Made by a program: the position numbers and the translations under genes | Notes under the pieces: model-generated | Database searches by the model: none | Told to the model about the DNA's origin: nothing | Seen by the model: the letters and a program-made list of their open reading frames with translations, nothing else | NCBI GenBank assembly: GCA_004764695.1 | Contig: SMSO01000032.1 | Span: 5,240,483-5,304,482, forward strand | Source: Schizochytrium sp. TIO01 | Lineage: Eukaryota > Protista > Bigyra: Labyrinthulomycetes | Length of the DNA stretch: 64,000 nucleotides | Direction of reading: 5' to 3' | In this document: positions 57,151 to 64,000 of the stretch, one piece after another | Position numbering within the stretch: position 1 is the stretch's first letter | Layout: each line of letters begins with the position of its first letter

Positions 57151-57980
57151 TCTATTGTAGCCTCCCTTGCGAGTCAGTGATCTTTGCAACGGGGACCTGC
57201 GCCCGGCGGCCCTGCTAGGCGTGTTCGAGAAGAGATGAACTTTGAGCTGGGAAACTGATTATGGATTGCCAAGTTGGTTTGTTAAACCTTACACATATAA
57301 AAGCGCTTTCCTTCTTCAACTTCTTCTCTTCTTCTTCTCCCTTATACTTCGTCCTTTTTCTTTTACATCACTCTCGCTATTTATTAGAAGCTACTCCTAC
57401 GAATCAATCCTTTCATGCGCCTTAAAGGAGTCCACTTAGACTCTGGCAACTTAGCACGGGAGAACTTCTTTCTCTTCGCGAGTATTAGGAATCTTCGCCG
57501 CTTCTTCAGCTTGTAGTATGGATGGCGCTTGAAGATGTCGGCTATCCTCGGAACAGATGTGTGAATTGCCGAGCGAAGGCATTTAGTGCCAGGTCGAGGG
57601 AGAGGATAATTATTTTCTTGAGACGTGCAGCGTGCGTGGCCAAGTCATTAAAACAGCTGAAGAAGTCTTGGAGTTGCATGGTTTTCTAAATTCGGCTTCT
57701 AAAACGATCTATTAGATTCTCCACGGCCATGGAAAGGAATTGAGGAGAGCGAGTTTAAAACGCAAGATTATTGAATTGATACAGCAAGTAAGAGAGGAAG
57801 GTAGTGTAACTTATTACGATAGGCTGGTGAAATGAATTCTTGTGTTTCACTCGCAGTTGAGGCATGTTTGCAGAACACCAAGGAATCAACTTTACATTCA
57901 AAGCTTTCAATAAGTGGAAACGGATGTTTTCAGGCAAACGAAACTGATGCTTTGCTTCATCTTTCAAACAGTACCTTTAA

Positions 57981-58013
57981 ATAATTAATTAATAATTAAT
58001 TAATAATTAATTA
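57981..58013. repeat. (ATAATTAATTA)x3 AT-only tandem repeat
   Basis: Three exact 11-bp copies. Confidence 0.85.
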
Positions 58014-59119
58014 AAAGTTAGTGACCTTGTGAGAATCGGAATAGAATGGAAACTTCTTCTCCAAAAGAACAGCGCAACAACAATGATCGTACTTCAAATG
58101 CTCTAGAACACTCATTTAAGGTAAGTAGAGCAGCCTGATAGAAAAAACCAGAAACAAAAAACTATTGAGCATCTTCAACATTGCTTTCTAGCGTATATGC
58201 ATATCTCTTGAAGGTACGTTGCACTGCAACTAATCTCTTTCATTTATATGTGCTTAGTTGCTGTGATATAAAATCCCATAAAATTATTCCCCTGATCGAT
58301 ATGTTTGGGATTATTATTCTTGTCGTTCATAAAAGGTGTGACACAACACGTCAGCTATAGACTAAAGAATGATAGTTTAATGCAACACGTATATGTTGCC
58401 CTACCATACTTGCAGAAGTAAACTACAGAATGGAGCAGGCATGCGTTATACATGGAAAAACAAACTTCGTGATTTAAAAAAGCGTACATGATAATGATTA
58501 AGCAAAAAACTACATTGACCACAACAGATCTCCTCTGCAGTAAGTGTGGTGTGTTACTAGATCCTAGAACAAAGTTGTGTAGTGGCAGGCACACAGAGAC
58601 CCTTGGACTTTAAAGATGCGATAGTCTTGCAACCGATCAAGTGATAGAACGGCGCCCCAACGAAACTATTCGTCAAGGAGAGCTTAAGCAAACAGACCGA
58701 CCGACTTTTATCCTTCAGGTTTGTCTCAGAAGCCCCACAAGATTGTTTGCAGAGACCGAGTTTCTGAAAACGCAATAAGGGGTTATAATATGACCAAGAA
58801 GAGTCGTGGGAAGCAAGGAATAGTGACCCTTATGGGGTTTTACTAGTAGGGACTTGTGGCCGACAGGAAGACATGCATGCATGCAGGCAGGCAGAGATGT
58901 TCATGGGACAAAGGACGACTTAAAACAAATAATATTGTACCAATCAACGAGGAAACGGGCGATAAACACATCCAAAAAACTCACCCCTTCCCTTCACTTG
59001 AGCTCCAGTCAGCGGGGTTTTCGTCTGATTAGCAAATTGCTCTAAAAGCGAACGACTGAGTTGGTATAAGTGCGTGGCTGAGTGACATAATTGACTGACT
59101 GAGTAGGTTGTGTGAAAAT

Positions 59120-60061
59120 CTACTTGATCTGCGCTGAGGATGTAGCAGGCGTAAGGAATTTCTCATACAGCGTCCAGGTAATAGCCATATTAAGCGGTCT
59201 TCTCAATAGGCGCGGCCCAAGACCTTGGCCAAAACCAGCCAAGCCTCGAGTTCGCCAAACCGACATTGCTCCCTCGTACAGCGAAAGGTCGTTGTTCAGT
59301 TGCAGCGTAGTCCTGAGCACGTCAAATGGTTGAGAGATAACCGTCGCTACCACTGCAGCCAGTCCCGCCGCTGCTAAGTTTACGAGCGTCTGCGAGACCT
59401 CCACGTCCGCGGCCGCCGCCAAACTTCTGAATCGCGGCTGGAAAACCGACTTATAAAACATCAAATACAGCCCCGTCGAAGGAATATCTCTCACAAGTGT
59501 CGGTACAAGCCCTCGAAACAACCCTGGCACGCCTTCTTCACGCGCAATACGAGCCAGCATATTGCCAACACCAGGCACATGCACGTCTCTTGTGTACTCA
59601 TACCGCGTCTTGACTACTCCCAGTGGGCAAAGCAAGGTTCCGGCTACAGACCGTGCCAGAGCACCCTCAAGGAACACTGTGAGCTTAGGGGCGGCGTAAT
59701 CGTCTCCACGACGACCTTGAACGACGTCAAGGATGGAGAAAAAGACACCAGGGCCGATTGCAGCGCGCATGAGCGTGGGTTTGAGGCCACGCCAGAGGCC
59801 AGCCACGCCGTGGTCAGCGATGATGCCACGAAAGGCCTCACGCGTGGAGACACGGCCAGTGGTGACTGGACCGACAAGGTCAGGACTTCCGGTGGTGACA
59901 ACACCTTGCTGGCGCGTTTTGAGAACATCGAGAGGCTGCAGAAGAATAGCAGCAGCCGACCCGCTCATGGCACCCTTGTAAAAGGCCTCCAAGACGCCGC
60001 CATGCTTAGCCTGTACGCTAGAGGCAGAGGGCGCAGCGGAGGCAGCGGCAGAGGAAGACAT
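59120..60061 (-). CDS. SLC25A38: Mitochondrial carrier, SLC25A38/Hem25 glycine-carrier type
   Basis: Three carrier repeats (QPLDVLKTR, CPLGVVKTRYE, QPFDVLRT) and subfamily-typical GLWRG..PTLMR, PTLVRDIP..GLY, PRLLRR...AITWTLYE. Confidence 0.82.
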   Translation of the reverse strand: MSSSAAASAAPSASSVQAKHGGVLEAFYKGAMSGSAAAILLQPLDVLKTRQQGVVTTGSPDLVGPVTTGRVSTREAFRGIIADHGVAGLWRGLKPTLMRAAIGPGVFFSILDVVQGRRGDDYAAPKLTVFLEGALARSVAGTLLCPLGVVKTRYEYTRDVHVPGVGNMLARIAREEGVPGLFRGLVPTLVRDIPSTGLYLMFYKSVFQPRFRSLAAAADVEVSQTLVNLAAAGLAAVVATVISQPFDVLRTTLQLNNDLSLYEGAMSVWRTRGLAGFGQGLGPRLLRRPLNMAITWTLYEKFLTPATSSAQIK

Positions 60062-61272
60062 GGCGGGAAAGCAGGGGGTTGTCTGGCTCAGCTACCTGGC
60101 TGCCGCACCTCGATCTGACTGGCTGCTGGCGAGGAGTACGGAACTGCTTGCCTGCCCGACAGGGAATCACGAGCCGAGGGAATGGCGAAAGAGAAAAGCC
60201 ACGCAAAACTTTTAAATTACAAATGGTGCAAATGTAATGGGGTTTGGAGTAAACATCTCACTATAGATGGTCCAGTACTATAGCGTATAACTAACCAAAT
60301 CTATGGCAGAGTCAGCATTTTTTCCGAAATAAATAAGTAATATCCGGCGTCGATGGACGAAGAACCTTGGAATCAAAACCTAGTACCACGGATGACAAAG
60401 CGGCACGAAGTAGGCCTGCAGGATGGCCTTCTCACAGTCAGTCCCTTAGCTCAATTGGCCACCCCAAGAAAGATGCGGGAGAACGTGCCTCACAGGCACG
60501 GAAGTTCTAGTGCTACCAAACATAAATATTTACCTTTAGTAAGATGATCGCAAAAGGTTGCGCGCTCCATCAGGCAAGGCGAGGAACTTGCTGTCAGTAT
60601 ACACGACACCAAATGATAATATAAACTGCTGCACCACCCCTTGCCTCTTTTCGAATGAAGGGTTGGGCTCACGGCAGACGTTTCGCTAGGCGCAAAGAAA
60701 GCAGGAAAGACAAGCGGCCCGCGGCTTCAGCGGCCAAAGAACTGGCTCACTAACCAAGCCGCCAACTGATGCTTCTACCTGGAGCTCCGCAACAGGCCGC
60801 AGGAAGCTGTCGGAGACCGACCCGATGCGAGGTCGGCCATTGGAAGACGCTCGCCCGATTCTATATACGCCCCCTACCTGCCAAGAACCACAGCGGTGAG
60901 CCACTGCAAGGATTTGATAGGAATCAGAGGAGCTGATTCATGATGATATTGTACAAACAATCAACAAAAAGAAGTCATCTGTGTCAAAAGTGACTTCGAG
61001 GACCCCGCAGTATGTATGGGTGTGTACCGTGTTTGTTTTTATTTAATATGACATATGGAAACTATGATAGCACTTAATGAGGCAAGAACCGAGATCCAAG
61101 CGACTTGTGAAGACAAATTGGGGAATAGATGAAAGCTAATTTATAGACCTTGGGCAACTAGACATGAGACCAGTTTATAGATATTTGCAAAATCAGGCGG
61201 ACCGCGATGGCTATGCGCTGGAGGCTGGAGAGCAGAGGTTACTCGTTCACTGTCTTGGGTAGTCTGACTGAT

Positions 61273-61476
61273 TTAGTGCTTGTTGACGGAGTCAGAAGGG
61301 CCGTGGGAGTTGGCGTTGTGGCCGCAAGTGCAGGTGTTGGTGGAGTTCTGCGTAAGGCACTTGTCGCAGTGGGCGTTACTTCCGTTGTGGCGCTCGCAAG
61401 TGGGACCACCCTGGGATCCAACAGTCTTAGAGGTGTCAGGGAAATAGTCCTTGCAGTCACACTTGGTGCACGTCAT
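61273..61476 (-). CDS. 67-aa Cys/His-rich microprotein, probably metal-binding
   Basis: ATG in caagcaagATG context. Strong C/G-ending codon bias (AAG, AAC, TGC, CAC) like the DnaJ gene. 8 Cys and 5 His: CxxCxC...CxxH-x6-CxxC...CxCGHxxxxH. Confidence 0.7.
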   Translation of the reverse strand: MTCTKCDCKDYFPDTSKTVGSQGGPTCERHNGSNAHCDKCLTQNSTNTCTCGHNANSHGPSDSVNKH

Positions 61477-62880
61477 CTTGCTTGAAGTTTTAGGCTTGCT
61501 TTTACTTTTCTAGGTTGGTTGTGCTTGGGATCTTCGAAGTTGCGGGTTTGCACTGACAGCGTGGCGCCCGGGCGGGGATCTCTGCGCCTTTGAGCCCAAC
61601 TTCGAGATCGCCAAGGTCAAATGTCGGAAATCCGGATGGAATGCGGCAGCGCTTCAGCATAGCTTCAACTCGAAGAATTCACGAGAGGCTCTCCAAACCG
61701 TTGGAGAGGCCCTGCGAAACCATGCGAGAACGCGCAACCCGTGGATAAGCATCGCTTGAAAAAGGTCTGCAGCTGTCCTGGTCCACTCATACGCGTCCAT
61801 ACAAGGTACCATTAAAAATAATGATAATGATCACTGCACCATGAAAACCCCCCGCTAAGTGGACCCGCTCAAGATGCGCAAAGACAGAGGCAGTGTGTCT
61901 TATACACTATCAACCGTGTTGGATACAGTAAGCAGATGCCCCATGAAGCATGATCTTTACACAAGTTATTTTGCATTTGTTTATTGAATATATCTATATT
62001 CTAATCTTCATCATCGCTACATGTCGATAGGCCGCCCAGCGTGAAAACAATAGAGGCAATGCAAGCAAGATAGTTGACGGCAAAGGCAGCGTCTGGAAGA
62101 GACTGTCCCTGCAAAAGTTGCGTTTTACAACTGCAAAGGCGCGTCCACCTTGAAGTTGATTCTTTCTCGGCATGACATGTGATGCACATGAGGCTCCCCG
62201 TGAAGTTGCCCGCCCTACATAAAACTAGAATATCGTAATAAAAGGTCTGGGTGTAGATAGATGGAATGTGCCAAAACAACCAAAGAAGAGCGATGCAAGG
62301 ACTCAAGAACCCTCAAGAACCATCTCAAAACTAGGTTGATGGCTCGCCAGCGCATACATGAGTCAGATGCGTGATATTGTTAAGAGACCTAGGAGATCAT
62401 CGAGACCTCGGTGGTATGTGAGCTATATTTCAAACCTTGGACCTTGAAGTATCTCTAGTGTCAAGGATACATTGAATCCGGTACAAACGATATCCCAGCA
62501 ATTTACGCAAAACATACAGGCTTGGCCACGAAATTAAAATTATGAACAGAGGCTGTATGCATTATAAGACGAACGCTTCCTTGTGCACAGGCCCTGAAGC
62601 TTCAAAACCTTGCGCAGAAAGACTGGGCAAATTTATTGAAGATCTCGATTATTACGAACGAGTTGTCAACGCTTGCGATTTTAAATGGCTACAAGTTGGT
62701 CTTCTCTGGAAATTTTCTTGTATCAGGTAAAATCAGCATCGTAATAATATTCGAAATGATTGCAAAGATGATGACACAAATTTGCTTCGTATATTGATTT
62801 GCCCGGGTCTCTTCTAGAAGTACAGCCACTTTGCACACGCCAAGAGGAGCGTAGTTTCGTACCAGAGCCTCTTCGCTGGT

Positions 62881-63999
62881 TCAGAGTGGGCCTTCCTTGA
62901 GAGCGCCGAGAATATCGTTCTCAGTAACGTCTTGAATTAGGTCCGACTGCAATTGTTGCCTCCGAAGACCGATGTCAGAAGCTGTGGCGCGAGAAGCTCT
63001 ATATCTCGCTCGAGCCACAGATCCACGGTGCATTGCCTGGAGCTTGACGGCAGCTTGCTCGGATTCGCGAATGCTTGCGCGTACGGATCTCCCACGATGA
63101 AGAGCCTGGATCTTTCGGGCAGCAGCAGCATCATTCTGAGTGGATGGGCTAGAAGCTCCAGTTTTGCGCCTTAAAGATGCTGCAGATGACGGCCTTGCAG
63201 ACTCTGGCGTTTTGGTTCGCTGTCTGCCCTGCAATGTCGAAGATACAGTCCCAGACACTGTGCTGCTACGCTTGCCAACGCCCTGGTATTTGTTGAGAAT
63301 GGAAGTCTTGCGTTGACGGTGACCTCGCATGGTCGCTTGAAGTTTAACTGCAGCATCAATTCGCTCGTGGCGTTTTTGGTCGTACACGGTCTGAGTAACA
63401 TGGCGGCGATATTGTGTCTGCACAAGTACCGACGCGTTTTCCATCTTTTGATGAATGGCACGCTGTTTTGCAATCTTGGAGCGAAGCATGTTTTGCAGCT
63501 TCGTTGCGGCTCCCAACTCTTCACTTGCTTCGCGAAGCAGGGTCCGGACTACCCCAACAAATTTTTGGTCCAGTCGACGCCGCACATAAGCTTGAATTTT
63601 GGTTGCTGCCATATTTCGCACAGTTTGCTCAGCAGCGTGGAGCTGCTTGCGATCATAATGCGCTCGAAATCTTGACTGTATGACCACCACTGCCTGTCGC
63701 TCCCGCTCCTCACGTAAATATGATGCTAAAACCCTCACTACCTTTCGAGCAAGATACCTACGTATAAAGCACTGAAGGCGGGTTACAATAGCGTTCAGCT
63801 TTGTACCAGAGAGTCGCGACGCTGCAGATACTTTTGTGCGTCGTGTTTGTAACCCTGCAGCACGATCTGTCAGTCTTTGTAGCTGCGCTATTTGCCTTCG
63901 CAAAAGTGCCTTGCGACGCAATAACTCAGCCGCTTGCAACCCTGCAAGTTCATCATGGAAATTATGAACTGGTACGTCTTTAAGCAAACTGTCTTCCTG
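62881..63999 (-). CDS. Multi-IQ-motif (calmodulin/centrin-binding) protein, C-terminal part; continues beyond the window
   Basis: About 8 IQ-like motifs (LQCFIRRYLARK, IQSRFRAHYDRK, IQAYVRRRLDQK, LQATMRGHRQRK, IQALHRGRSVR, LQAMHRGSVAR and others). Frame open to the window edge. Confidence 0.85.
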   Translation of the reverse strand, partial: QEDSLLKDVPVHNFHDELAGLQAAELLRRKALLRRQIAQLQRLTDRAAGLQTRRTKVSAASRLSGTKLNAIVTRLQCFIRRYLARKVVRVLASYLREERERQAVVVIQSRFRAHYDRKQLHAAEQTVRNMAATKIQAYVRRRLDQKFVGVVRTLLREASEELGAATKLQNMLRSKIAKQRAIHQKMENASVLVQTQYRRHVTQTVYDQKRHERIDAAVKLQATMRGHRQRKTSILNKYQGVGKRSSTVSGTVSSTLQGRQRTKTPESARPSSAASLRRKTGASSPSTQNDAAAARKIQALHRGRSVRASIRESEQAAVKLQAMHRGSVARARYRASRATASDIGLRRQQLQSDLIQDVTENDILGALKEGPL

Positions 64000-64000
64000 C

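Noticed and set aside
61239-61460. Thr/Pro-rich 73-aa ORF overlapping the Cys/His microprotein
   Set aside because: Non-ATG start; frame shadow of the biased codons of the 67-aa ORF.
62341-62730. Frame with three in-frame TGA codons (selenoprotein?)
   Set aside because: An upstream TAG lies in the same frame, and there is no redox motif or recognisable SECIS.
62690-62883. PH-domain-like continuation or TGA readthrough after LKEGPL* of the IQ protein
   Set aside because: Needs a frameshift and meets another stop within about 22 codons; similarity too weak.

Overview
Eukaryotic, intron-poor nuclear DNA with GC-richer single-exon genes separated by long AT-rich, microsatellite-rich spacers. 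The gene set (plant-type vacuolar sorting receptor, GARP/SHLQKY Myb factor, SLC25A38-type glycine carrier) and the intron paucity suggest a non-photosynthetic stramenopile such as a thraustochytrid; this is inference. About 15 genes are supported: a partial spliced unknown gene, RFC small subunit, two tandem membrane-anchored MDR/enoyl-reductase-like paralogs, a stand-alone aspartate carbamoyltransferase (ATCase), a type I DnaJ, an FAD monooxygenase, an EcKinase/APH-like phosphotransferase, a divergent UBA1-like E1, a GARP factor, a VSR, a UDP-glycosyltransferase, an AspH-like dioxygenase, a mitochondrial carrier, a 67-aa Cys/His microprotein and a partial multi-IQ protein. Several decayed coding relics are also present, one of them possibly a Harbinger/ISL2EU transposase. 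The strongest unexplained signal lies upstream of ATCase: about 2.17 kb of its coding strand has no ATG at all, and the reading frame stays open for 89 more codons back to an ATA in start-like context. This suggests a very long scanned leader, non-AUG initiation and possibly pyrimidine-responsive control. The second highlight is an E1 whose ubiquitin-selectivity residues are altered. No tRNA, rRNA or CRISPR array was recognised.
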